Of a stretch of 64,000 nt of DNA, positions 12,561 through 21,368 are shown one piece after another. The stretch's first letter is position 1; the number at the start of each line of letters is the position of its first letter. The position numbers were made by a program, and so were the translations under genes. The notes beneath the pieces were generated by a model. That model did not search any database. It was not told where the DNA came from and saw nothing but the letters and a program-made list of their open reading frames with translations. The stretch covers positions 2,560,001 through 2,624,000 of the forward strand of contig OZ243956.1 in NCBI GenBank assembly GCA_965214405.1. Direction: 5' to 3'. The DNA is from Trueperaceae bacterium (GTDB taxonomy: Bacteria; Deinococcota; Deinococci; Deinococcales; Trueperaceae).

Positions 12561-13019
12561 CTAAGCTTCTTGCCGTTCTGAACGCTCCGGGCGTTCTTGT
12601 CGTTCTGGGCGCTCCGAGCGCCCTCGGGGGCTCGAGCGGGGCTTAAAGGTGCGCCACTCGGGGCGGTTGCGGGTCACGAGCACGCGCATGACGTTGTCGC
12701 GCAGGCGCAAGTTGCTCTCGATAACCTTGGGAGCCTCTAAGGGCAAGGAGAGGTTGTAAATAATGTAGTACCCCTCTCGTCCCTTGCGAATTTCGTACGC
12801 GAGGCGCTTGTTGCCCCACTCGTCGACCTCCAAAATCCTGCCCCCCGCCCGCTCGACCTGCGCGCTAACCGCATCCTTCTCGGTCTGCACCTGGGTCTCG
12901 TTGAGGTTGGGGTCCAAAATCACGTTGAGGTCATAGGTATGCTCGTCCGTTTCCTCGACGCCGCTTTCGCCGACGCTACCCGTAGGCTCATCCAGCAAAT
13001 CATTCGTTCCTTCGTCCAT
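12561..13019 (-). CDS. rpsF: 30S ribosomal protein S6 with acidic N-terminal and charged C-terminal extensions
   Basis: YDLNVILDP, WGNKRLAYEI, GYY. GGAGG RBS. Confidence 0.96.
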   Translation of the reverse strand: MDEGTNDLLDEPTGSVGESGVEETDEHTYDLNVILDPNLNETQVQTEKDAVSAQVERAGGRILEVDEWGNKRLAYEIRKGREGYYIIYNLSLPLEAPKVIESNLRLRDNVMRVLVTRNRPEWRTFKPRSSPRGRSERPERQERPERSERQEA

Positions 13020-13123
13020 ATGTCACCTCCTCTCAGTGCAAATTTGCTAACTTCAGTCAGCAGCTTTTTATCTTAGCACTCTTTTACACGATTGATACAA
13101 CCTTGTCAAACCCGTGAAAAATC

Positions 13124-13300
13124 CTATTCTTTGCGCCGGTCCCTGAGCCACACATAACCCACCAGCGTCCCCACAAGCCCGAGCAAGCCGCTAAAGACGA
13201 ACTCAGGAATCACTTTCTCGCTGCTGTACCAGCCCCACACGAACAGCCCGAGCAGGCTGATGAGTAGCAGCGTGATGAAGTAGGTGCCAAAAAGCCTCAT
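13124..13300 (-). CDS. Small two-helix membrane protein (58 aa), hypothetical
   Basis: Two hydrophobic stretches and a basic C-tail (WLRDRRKE); purine-rich RBS before ATG 13300. Confidence 0.6.
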   Translation of the reverse strand: MRLFGTYFITLLLISLLGLFVWGWYSSEKVIPEFVFSGLLGLVGTLVGYVWLRDRRKE

Positions 13301-13319
13301 AACGATTCCCCCTTCCAAT

Positions 13320-13344
13320 CAAGCTAGTCATTTTGACTAGCTTG
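13320..13344. promoter_or_regulatory. Palindromic operator in the divergent promoter region
   Basis: CAAGCTAGTCA-TTT-TGACTAGCTTG, perfect 11-bp arms. Confidence 0.65.
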
Positions 13345-13452
13345 TGAGATAGCTTACTCGTTTTCACTGCACTTAGTCAATCTGCATAAAGGTAATGTGA
13401 TATAATTCATATTGATTTAGAGATATGTATAAACGTCGTGAGAGGAGAGAGG

Positions 13453-14184
13453 ATGACGCTCCATAAAGACCGCAGCATCGCTCATTGGGGAGAGGCACTA
13501 AGACGACGCCGCGCCACGCTCGGCAGGTCGCAAGGAGGTGTCGTTGAGGCTTCGGGAGAGGTGCTCAACCAGACGGAGGTAAGCCGCTTAGAGCGCGGCT
13601 TAGTTCACCCCACACAAGACTTGGGTCTCGTCAAGTTTTTCGCGCTCTTAAAAGCCCTCGAGTGGACCCTAGACGACTTCACCGAGGCGACGGGGCTCGA
13701 GCTGCCCTTCTCCTCCCAAAGCCAGGCGGAGGCCCTGGTGGCGGCGAGCCGCTTGGAGGTTCAACCCGATTGGGCGGCGTTTCCCGTCTACGGCACCGTC
13801 TCGGCGGGGGGCGCGGAGACCGAACCCCTGAGTGACGAGGTAACCTACATCCCCAGAGAAAAACTCAGGGCCAGGGGCGTGGACCCCAAAAACGTCCGCG
13901 TCTACCTCGTCAACGGCGACTGCATGATTTCAAACGAGGCGCAGCGCGTGCAAAAAAATATCGCGCCGGGCGACCACGTCGCCATTGACACCCACCGCAA
14001 ACCCCAACCCGGCGACGTGGTCGTCGCCTGGTGGCCCAGGGAGGAAAAGATGGTCGTGAAACGTTACAAGGTCGAGGGCCGCGATATTGTCCTTTACCCC
14101 GTCAACCCCGCGCATCCCAATCTAGTTTTGGGCAACGAGGACGACGTGTACATCCTCGGCAGCGTCGTGTGGCGGGGAGGCTAA
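13453..14184 (+). CDS. XRE-family HTH + S24 peptidase (LexA/CI-like) repressor
   Basis: HTH LNQTEVSRLERG; cleavage loop PVYGTVSAG; V-N-G-D-C-M; VVKRY; ILGSVVW. Extended -10 TGaTATAAT at 13398-13406. Confidence 0.88.
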   Translation: MTLHKDRSIAHWGEALRRRRATLGRSQGGVVEASGEVLNQTEVSRLERGLVHPTQDLGLVKFFALLKALEWTLDDFTEATGLELPFSSQSQAEALVAASRLEVQPDWAAFPVYGTVSAGGAETEPLSDEVTYIPREKLRARGVDPKNVRVYLVNGDCMISNEAQRVQKNIAPGDHVAIDTHRKPQPGDVVVAWWPREEKMVVKRYKVEGRDIVLYPVNPAHPNLVLGNEDDVYILGSVVWRGG

Positions 14185-14230
14185 GCTTTAAGGCTCACGT
14201 TATGCGGGCGCGGATTTGGTTCGGTGGGAG

Positions 14231-14268
14231 AGTGCCGAGTGCTGAGTACCCAGTGCTGAGTACCGAGT
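14231..14268. repeat. Heptamer tandem repeat, about 5 units
   Basis: AGTGCCG AGTGCTG AGTACCC AGTGCTG AGTACCG AGT. Confidence 0.7.
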
Positions 14269-14294
14269 AAAAAATAGGGCGAGAGCTTTTTCCT

Positions 14295-15674
14295 CTAGCT
14301 AAAAAGCCTGTGGGTAAGGTTAGAAGACTCAGCGAGGAGGTTCGCCACGCGGTGCGCGTCTCTCACCGTGTCGTTGACGCCCACGCCGTAGTAAGCGTTG
14401 CCGGTGAGAAAGAGGTTTGGATGCGTCGCCACCGCCTCCATTGCGGCCTCGACGCGCGCGCGGTGACCCAAGAGATACTGCGGGATGCCTTTGGGCCAGG
14501 GGATGTGCAGGGGCATCTCCGGCGGCGCGGTGATGCCCAAGGTAAGCTCTAAATCGCGCCGCACCACCGCCAGCGCCTCATCATCGGACAATCCTGCGAA
14601 TTCCGGGTCCACGCTGCCCCCGGCAATTACCCGCAGCAGCACCTTACCCTTAGGGGCCCTTTCGGGAAAAATGGTCGAACTGTAGAGCACCCCCAGCGCC
14701 CGCACACCCTCGCCTCTTGGCACCAAAAAGCCGAAGCCGTCGAGCAGATTGGGTACGTCCACCCGGTCATACCCCAAGCCGAACACGCGCACGTCAGCGT
14801 AGGGAATTTCTGAGAGTGCCGCCGCAGCCTCCGGTAAAAAGGGGGAGAGGAGCGCCGCGCTTTCAAAGGCCGGAGTGGTGAGCACCACCCCGTCGGCGTG
14901 AACCGTTTCGCCTGAAGAGAGCCCCAGCGCGTAGCCCGCCTCCTGCGGTTGGAGTTCTCTCACGCTCACCCCTAGCCGCACCGCCTTTCCAAGCGTCTCC
15001 CGCAGCGCGTCAATGAGCTGCCCAATCCCGCCCCTAAAACTCGTCAACCGCCCCGTCTGCGCCTCCTTCGCCGCCTTTGCCTTCCGCTGCGCGCTGATCA
15101 AGGCTCTAACGAGGCTGCCGTGCTCCGCCTCGAGCGCCCGAAAACGCGGAAAAAGCGCGTCCAGACTCAGTTCCTTTGCGTCCCCCGCGGTGATGCCTAG
15201 CACAAAAGGTCCTGCAAACGCGTTCGCCACTTCACTGCCAAAATGACGCGAGAGAAAGTCGTAAACTGTTTCCTCATGCGCAACGGCTTTGCCCAGAAGG
15301 GGCTCGAGCGCCGCCCTCGCCTTGCCCAAAGGCGACAATAACTCGCTCTTCAAAAAGGCCGGTGGAGAGAGAGGCAGGGGCCGCAGACCGCCGTTTTTGT
15401 AGAGAAAACGGTATTTCGCCACGTCCGAAGCAGGCTGTAGCTCACTTTCCAACCCGAGCGATTTAGCAAGCTCCACTGTCTCGGGAACGTTGGTCAAAAA
15501 CCCGTTAGGACCCCAGTCCACCGTATACCCGCCGTGTTGGCTGCTCCTGACCTTGCCACCCGCGGCGGCGTCCTTTTCATAGAGGGTAAGCTCGAGCTCC
15601 GGGCGTTTTTGTTTGAGCAAATAGGCGGTGGTGAGGCCGGACACGCCGCCGCCGACGATTGCCACCCGCTTCAC
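14295..15674 (-). CDS. hemY: FAD-dependent (proto/copro)porphyrinogen oxidase, HemY family
   Basis: GGGVSGLTTA, GPNGF, GFGFLVP, IPQY, GNAYYGVGVND. Confidence 0.93.
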   Translation of the reverse strand: MKRVAIVGGGVSGLTTAYLLKQKRPELELTLYEKDAAAGGKVRSSQHGGYTVDWGPNGFLTNVPETVELAKSLGLESELQPASDVAKYRFLYKNGGLRPLPLSPPAFLKSELLSPLGKARAALEPLLGKAVAHEETVYDFLSRHFGSEVANAFAGPFVLGITAGDAKELSLDALFPRFRALEAEHGSLVRALISAQRKAKAAKEAQTGRLTSFRGGIGQLIDALRETLGKAVRLGVSVRELQPQEAGYALGLSSGETVHADGVVLTTPAFESAALLSPFLPEAAAALSEIPYADVRVFGLGYDRVDVPNLLDGFGFLVPRGEGVRALGVLYSSTIFPERAPKGKVLLRVIAGGSVDPEFAGLSDDEALAVVRRDLELTLGITAPPEMPLHIPWPKGIPQYLLGHRARVEAAMEAVATHPNLFLTGNAYYGVGVNDTVRDAHRVANLLAESSNLTHRLFS

Positions 15675-16075
15675 GCGGGTATGACCTCAAACCCTGCCCA
15701 GCGAAAATGTTTGTCAAAAGTAAAAACTCGGCTGAGCCCAACTTTGCGCATGAGCGTAAAGGAGACGCAGTCTGTAAAGCTTATCTTTTGGTCGGCGTAC
15801 TTTTCAAACAGTTTTAGGCTGACTAGCTCGTCCGCAATCGAGGGTCGTAAAATGGTGAGAAGGCTCGAGGTGTAGAGCGCTTCTCCTTGCTCCGCTGCAA
15901 AAGGGTAACTCGTACGGCGGGCTAAAAGGGTAAGCGTTTCGTCTAGTACAAAGTTACTGGTGTATAGCGGACGCTTTTCTGCTTCTAAGGTAAGCCAAAC
16001 CGGGCGGGCTTGCTTGTGGTACTGGTCGCTTTTGTTATACCAGCCGAGAAACGCACTTGTGTCAACGAAAATCAT
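15671..16075 (-). CDS. VapC-like PIN-domain toxin
   Basis: IFVDTSA, VLDET, SFTDCVS, FTFDKHF; acidic catalytic set intact. Confidence 0.9.
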   Translation of the reverse strand: MIFVDTSAFLGWYNKSDQYHKQARPVWLTLEAEKRPLYTSNFVLDETLTLLARRTSYPFAAEQGEALYTSSLLTILRPSIADELVSLKLFEKYADQKISFTDCVSFTLMRKVGLSRVFTFDKHFRWAGFEVIPA

Positions 16076-16299
16076 TCGTCGTCATACAGGTATTTGTCAT
16101 GATTTTCCGCCAGGTCGGAGGGGGCGTCTCCGTCAAACGCTCGGTATTGGGCGAAAAGCGGGTCGCGTTCGGCGGGCTTTTGCAAACGTGCTTTGAGCAG
16201 TTCACGAACAAGTTCTTCTAACGAAACGCCTTCTTCACGCGCTAAGGTTTCGGCGCGGGTTTTAAGCTCGAGGGGTAGCGTGATATTGACGTGTTCCAT
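16072..16299 (-). CDS. Ribbon-helix-helix antitoxin
   Basis: VNITLPLELK...GVSLEELVRE, C-terminal DLAENHDKYLY; overlaps the PIN gene start. Confidence 0.8.
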   Translation of the reverse strand: MEHVNITLPLELKTRAETLAREEGVSLEELVRELLKARLQKPAERDPLFAQYRAFDGDAPSDLAENHDKYLYDDE

Positions 16300-16431
16300 A
16301 ATATGTTCATCATATCGCAGCCGTAAATTAAAATGCGTCTCTACCTCAAGAATGTGGTTTCGTGGACTTTTGCCACGCTCGAGTTGGGGACGCTGTTAAG
16401 CCTGGCGAGAAGGGGCAAATCAGCATCCGCC

Positions 16432-17031
16432 TCAAAGCAGCCGCTTTACGACCGCCTCGCCCAGCCACGCCTGAACTCTGTCGGGGAAGCGCTGCGGCGC
16501 AACCCGCTCGCTTAAGCCCAACGTGCGCCGTGTCCTGTACACCTCGCCCTGCGGCTCGGTGTAGACCTCCAAGCGTTTGTCAACAAGGTTGAAGAGCCAA
16601 ACCTCGCCCACCCCCGCCTCCGCATAAAGGGGCAGCTTCACCCCACGGTCTTTGAGGAGCGTCGTGTCGGAAACCTCGATGAGCAGATAAACGTCCTCGG
16701 GCTGCGGGTGGTCCGCGTAGTCGCGCCGGGCCAGGAGCATCACATCGGGCACCGGGAGTTGGCGGTCATCTAAGTCTCGTGACAGGCGTAGCGGGTTCTG
16801 GACGTCTACCTTGGCGACGTCCACAAAAGCCAGGGTCAACATCTCGGTAAGCTCGCGCACCACCATCGCGTGAGGGGGATTGACAGTCATAGGGACGATG
16901 CTCCCATTTAAGAGTTCGACGCGCTCGTCCTCGCTAATGATGCCCGCCTGCTCCATTGCCAGGAGTTCGCGGTAGGTGAATTCACGCGGCTCGTACGGCA
17001 GGGGCTCGAGTTGCGGTTTCGGAAGCGCCAT
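16432..17031 (-). CDS. Uma2-family (DUF820) endonuclease-like protein
   Basis: RVELLNG, P-D, LLIEVSDTTL..DR..K..LYA..GV.EVW. Confidence 0.9.
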   Translation of the reverse strand: MALPKPQLEPLPYEPREFTYRELLAMEQAGIISEDERVELLNGSIVPMTVNPPHAMVVRELTEMLTLAFVDVAKVDVQNPLRLSRDLDDRQLPVPDVMLLARRDYADHPQPEDVYLLIEVSDTTLLKDRGVKLPLYAEAGVGEVWLFNLVDKRLEVYTEPQGEVYRTRRTLGLSERVAPQRFPDRVQAWLGEAVVKRLL

Positions 17032-17119
17032 ACGTTTATCTTACTTCATCGTCCCTCAAAAGCGTGGAATTTCTCGAGCCCCTGTTGCGAATGTAATGTT
17101 TTTGCATTACGCCTTCGTC

Positions 17120-17266
17120 ATGGGTAAGTTCGACCAAATACGAGTGCGCATCAATCCCCAAAGTAAGTGGCTTCCCAACGCTGAGACGCTTCAAGCCATT
17201 AGAGATATTGGGGAGGACCGCGACCTGGTGCGCCATAACTTAGAAAGTTTCAGAAAGTCTTTGTAA
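17120..17266 (+). pseudogene. Internally shortened RelB/DinJ-like antitoxin remnant (48 aa)
   Basis: MGKFDQIRVRINPQSK joined directly to WLPNAETLQAIRDI...; no toxin downstream; GTAATG-N6-CATTAC palindrome at 17093-17110. Confidence 0.6.
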
Positions 17267-17331
17267 GAACGTTAAATCTTGCAACCGTCACAACCTCTGC
17301 TTTGTAGCAGGCGACGTGTTACCCTCGAGCT

Positions 17332-17820
17332 ATGGACCCCAAATACCTCCGCGCCGACGCCCTAGGCATCCGCTTGGAAATGGTTGCGGGTCTGCCCATC
17401 TGGGAGCCGCATCCCGTCTACAAACATCAAAAAGAGGTGGACAGGATTCGCTCGAGCATTGCCCCTACAGTTGGTGAAGCTCCCGCGCCTTGCGAGTGTA
17501 TTCACGCCGCGGATGTTTACGTAAGTTTCCCCGACGGCTCGCTCAAACGCCCCGACATCTCCATCTTCTGCCGCGAGCCCGAGGAGCAAGAAGAGGCGGT
17601 CACCCTCGTGCCCGAAGCGGTCATCGAGGTGATTAGCAAGGGCTATGAAGCCAAGGACTTAGAAATCGGCCCGCAGTTCTATCTCGCGCAGGGCGTCAAA
17701 GATGTAGTTGTTTTCAATCCGTATACGCTGGTGGTGCTGCACGTGCGGCGGGACGGGGTGAAGCGCTATCTTTCGCCCGTGGGGGTGGGGCTCGAGTGCG
17801 GCTGCACCTGCACGGTATAG
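17332..17820 (+). CDS. Uma2-family endonuclease-like protein
   Basis: RLEMVAG, KRPDISIF, PEAVIEVIS, YLAQGV. Confidence 0.8.
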   Translation: MDPKYLRADALGIRLEMVAGLPIWEPHPVYKHQKEVDRIRSSIAPTVGEAPAPCECIHAADVYVSFPDGSLKRPDISIFCREPEEQEEAVTLVPEAVIEVISKGYEAKDLEIGPQFYLAQGVKDVVVFNPYTLVVLHVRRDGVKRYLSPVGVGLECGCTCTV

Positions 17821-17899
17821 GATTGTAACGTACAGCCAAAGCTAAATCCCGCTCACCGTTAGCCAGCGAGCGGGACTTTCGTCAAGCCACTGTCAAGCT

Positions 17900-19024
17900 T
17901 TACGCAGCTTGGTACTCCCTATTTTTCTTCGAACTGCTCACGTTCGTACGTTTGTAGGGCGCAACCGGGTTCAGGATATTGCGGCACTGCGGGTTGACGC
18001 AGCCGGGGCAACGCAGGCCGTATTGCTTCGTGCAGGCCTCACCGCTTTGCAGGTGCTCATAGACAACCTGCGCGAGCGCGTCCTGAAAAAGCGGTTCACC
18101 GTTTAGCGAGGGCGCGCGTAGAAAGTTAGTGATGCCGACCTCGTGTGCCAACTCGCCGTATTCAATGTCAATCTCAGACAATGTTTCGATGTGGTCGCTC
18201 GTAAAAGCGATGCCGACGACGAGGACGTTCTTGCGCTTTTTCGCGCCTAAGTCTTTGATAACCGCCTCGGTTGACGGCCCCTGCCACGGCACCGGCCCCA
18301 CGTCCGACTGGTAGGTGAGGATGTACTCGTGCGAAAAGTCGAGGCACTTCATCACCTCGTGGACCGACGCGCCGATTTCTTGCGGGTAGGCGTCGCCGCG
18401 GTTGATGACGTCTAAGGGAAGCGAGTGGGCGCTGAACATCAGCAGCACGTCGTCGCGGTCTTCGGGGGGGAAGAGCTCGAGACCGTCTTTGACCGTCTTC
18501 GTCATCGCCTCGATAAACTTGGGATGCGTGGGCCAGCGGTCGATGACGCTCCACTCAAAGGCGTCTTGCAGCCCCTCGCGCCGGGTCGCGCGCCAGAGTT
18601 CGTTTAGCGATGAGCCCGTGGTCGAGCACGAGAACTGCGGGTACTGCGTAAACGCCACCGCCCGCTCGACCCCGTCCGCCTGCATCTGCTTAACGGCGTC
18701 CTCGGAAAAGGGGTGGACGTAGCGAAAGGCCACGTAAAACTTGTGCGGCGCGGTCTCAGGGCTCATCTCGTCGAGGCGTTCGACCATGCCGCGGCCCTGA
18801 AGCTCGGTCCAGTGCAAAATGGGCGAACCGCCGCCGATGCCCTCATAAAGCTTTTCGACCTTGGCCGTGCGGCGCTTGGCGATGTAGGGGCCTAAGAAAC
18901 GCTGGACCGGGAGCTGGATGATCTCGCGGTCTTCGAAGAGTTTGAGCAAAAAGGGACGCACCTCGTCAAGGTTTTTGGGTCCCCCTAAATTCATCATAAC
19001 AATGCCGGTAGGTCCTTTATTCAT
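17900..19024 (-). CDS. hemH: Ferrochelatase, animal-like with C-terminal Cys extension
   Basis: MNLGGP, IGGGSPI, YPQFSCSTTGS, FSAHSLP, FTSDHIETLSEID, C-terminal CPGCVNPQC. Confidence 0.96.
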   Translation of the reverse strand: MNKGPTGIVMMNLGGPKNLDEVRPFLLKLFEDREIIQLPVQRFLGPYIAKRRTAKVEKLYEGIGGGSPILHWTELQGRGMVERLDEMSPETAPHKFYVAFRYVHPFSEDAVKQMQADGVERAVAFTQYPQFSCSTTGSSLNELWRATRREGLQDAFEWSVIDRWPTHPKFIEAMTKTVKDGLELFPPEDRDDVLLMFSAHSLPLDVINRGDAYPQEIGASVHEVMKCLDFSHEYILTYQSDVGPVPWQGPSTEAVIKDLGAKKRKNVLVVGIAFTSDHIETLSEIDIEYGELAHEVGITNFLRAPSLNGEPLFQDALAQVVYEHLQSGEACTKQYGLRCPGCVNPQCRNILNPVAPYKRTNVSSSKKNREYQAA

Positions 19025-19132
19025 GCTTTTATCGTACCGTTTGGACGCTCAGACATATGTCCTGCACCGCGCAATTGGCGTTTGTGTAGCGTCTGTTTGT
19101 ACGAGTCGGGTAGGTTGAGCAAGATGCAAAAT

Positions 19133-19642
19133 TTAGGTAGCGGCTCGAGCCTCGCCAATCAACCTTTGCACCTCTTCATGCCCATTAAACGCCGCCAAAT
19201 CTTCCGCCGTGCGCCCCTGCGCGTCTTTTGCGCTAACATCTGCGCCGCGCTCTAAAAATAAGCGCGCGAACTCCTTTTGTCCAAACATCGCCGCGAAGTG
19301 AAGCGCGGTGGCCCCGCCACCGTTGCGCGCGTCCACGTCGGCACCGCCCACAAGCAGCCGCCGCGCGCACGCCATGTACCCCTTGAAAACCGTGCCCATC
19401 AGCGGCGTGTTGCCGCTCCTGTCGGGCGCGTCTGGGTTAGCGCCGCGCTCCAAAAGCAGCGCCACCATTTCCGGCTGGTCGTTGTAGGCGGCAATCATCA
19501 GCAGCGAATGCGCCTGCTCGTTCTCGAGGTCGGGCGGCAACCCAGCTTCTAAAAATATCGTCATGACCTCCACGTCGCCGCGGCGGGCGATTTCGTGGTA
19601 GTCGATGTTGTTGAGGTCAATTTTAGGGGTTGAGTCAGTCAT
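19133..19642 (-). CDS. Ankyrin-repeat protein (catalase-associated)
   Basis: SLLMIAAYN, GNTPLMG, GATALHFAAMFG; immediately downstream of catalase. Confidence 0.88.
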   Translation of the reverse strand: MTDSTPKIDLNNIDYHEIARRGDVEVMTIFLEAGLPPDLENEQAHSLLMIAAYNDQPEMVALLLERGANPDAPDRSGNTPLMGTVFKGYMACARRLLVGGADVDARNGGGATALHFAAMFGQKEFARLFLERGADVSAKDAQGRTAEDLAAFNGHEEVQRLIGEARAAT

Positions 19643-19704
19643 AGAAAGGTGGTTCAAAGGAAGAGGCCCGACGGTTGAGGTCGGGCCTCTGAATGTCAAA
19701 AAGT

Positions 19705-21219
19705 CTAGCTGTGAACGACTTCGCCTTTGACGGGCGCGTCACCGCGGATGGCGTGGGCGGTGTTGTCGCTCTGGGTGTGCTTTAGCGCCTCGCGCACGCG
19801 GCGGCCATAGTCGGGGTCGGCTTTGTCGAAGTGCCCTAACTGCCGCTCGATAACCTCTTGACGACAGCCGCTCATCGCCCCGGCAAGGTTGCTCGCCAAG
19901 CGGCCCTTCTCGTCCTCGCTCATCATCCGGAAGAGGTCACCGGCTTGCGTGTAATCGTCGTGGTCGATACGCGAGTTCCAGCGGTCCACGGTCACGTCGC
20001 CCAAGTGCCAGGCGGGCTCGGCGTAGGAGGGGTCGGGGCGGGGTGAGCCCTCAATAGAGTTCGGGTAGTAGTTCGGGAAGCCCGTGCCCTCATCCGACAG
20101 CCCACCGAACTGCCCGTCGCGCAGGTAGTTGTTGACCGGCACCTTGGGCCGATTGACCCGAACCTCCCGGTAGTTCACGCCAATACGGTAGAGGTGCGCG
20201 TCCTGGTAACTCATGAGCCGCGCCTGGAGCATTTTGTCGGGGCTGGGGCCGATGCCGGGCGGCATCGTGTTGGGGTTGTAAGCCGCCTGCTCAACGTCGT
20301 GGTGGTAGTTTTGCGGATTGCGGTTGAGTTCTAACTCGCCTACCTCGATTAAGGGGAAGTCGCCGTGGGGCCAGACTTTGGTCAAATCAAAAGGATTCCA
20401 GCGGAACGCATCCGCCTCCTCTTGCGTCATCACTTGGATGTAAGTGGTCCACTTGGGGAAGTCACCGGTGTTGATGGCCTCGAGCAGGTCGCGCTGATGG
20501 CTCTCGCGGTCGTGGGCGATAACCTGCGCGGCCTCGTCGTTGGTGAGGTGCTTATGGCCCTGCTGCGTCTTGAAGTGAAACTTGACCCAAACGCGCTCGC
20601 CCTCACGGTTGATGAGCGAGTAGGTGTGCGACGAGTAGCCGTTCATGTGGCGGTAGGTCTTGGGCAGGCCGCGGTCACCAAAGAGCCAGGTGACCTGGTG
20701 CAGGCTCTCCGGGCAGAGGCTCCAGAAGTCCCACTGCATGTCGGGGTCGCGCAGGTTCGTTCCGGGGTGGCGCTTTTGCGAGTGGATGAACATCTGGAAC
20801 TTGTAGGGGTCGCGCACGAAAAAGATGGGCGTGTTGTTGCCCACCAAGTCCCAGTTACCCTCTTCGGTATAGAACTTCATCGCAAAGCCGCGGGGGTCGC
20901 GCTCGGCGTCGGCGGCGCCGCGCTCGCCCGCCACGGTGGAAAAGCGCACGGCGACCTCGGTTTCTTTGCCGACCTCTGAAAAGACGGCGGCGCGTGTGTA
21001 CTTGCTAATATCGTTCGTGACCGTAAACTTACCGAACGCCCCCGTCCCCTTGGCGTGGACCACGCGCTCGGGCACGCGCTCGCGGTTAAAGCGCTGCATC
21101 TGCTCGATGAGGTTCACGTCTTGCATCAGCAGCGGGCCGCGCGGCCCGGCGGTGAGTGAGTTTTCCTGGTCGGCTATTGGGTGTCCGTCGGCGGTGGTAA
21201 GAAGCTTTTTCTCTGCCAT
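19705..21219 (-). CDS. katA: Monofunctional heme catalase
   Basis: FNRERVPERVVHAKG, RFSTVAGE, GNWDLVGNN, DKMLQARLMSYQD. Confidence 0.97.
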   Translation of the reverse strand: MAEKKLLTTADGHPIADQENSLTAGPRGPLLMQDVNLIEQMQRFNRERVPERVVHAKGTGAFGKFTVTNDISKYTRAAVFSEVGKETEVAVRFSTVAGERGAADAERDPRGFAMKFYTEEGNWDLVGNNTPIFFVRDPYKFQMFIHSQKRHPGTNLRDPDMQWDFWSLCPESLHQVTWLFGDRGLPKTYRHMNGYSSHTYSLINREGERVWVKFHFKTQQGHKHLTNDEAAQVIAHDRESHQRDLLEAINTGDFPKWTTYIQVMTQEEADAFRWNPFDLTKVWPHGDFPLIEVGELELNRNPQNYHHDVEQAAYNPNTMPPGIGPSPDKMLQARLMSYQDAHLYRIGVNYREVRVNRPKVPVNNYLRDGQFGGLSDEGTGFPNYYPNSIEGSPRPDPSYAEPAWHLGDVTVDRWNSRIDHDDYTQAGDLFRMMSEDEKGRLASNLAGAMSGCRQEVIERQLGHFDKADPDYGRRVREALKHTQSDNTAHAIRGDAPVKGEVVHS

Positions 21220-21368
21220 GTTCTACCTCCCTAAACATGCTCAGTCTAGCGCACGGTTAAGCGTTGACAAAGCAAGGTGTGCAACGAAAACGAGCGCGGC
21301 GCTTGGTAAAGGGTCGTGACGCGGGAGGCGAGTTTGAGGAGGCTCGAGCCCTCAACCACCCCTGAATT

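Noticed and set aside
13124..14184. Prophage interpretation of the CI-like repressor
   Set aside because: No integrase, att repeats, replication or structural genes in the window.
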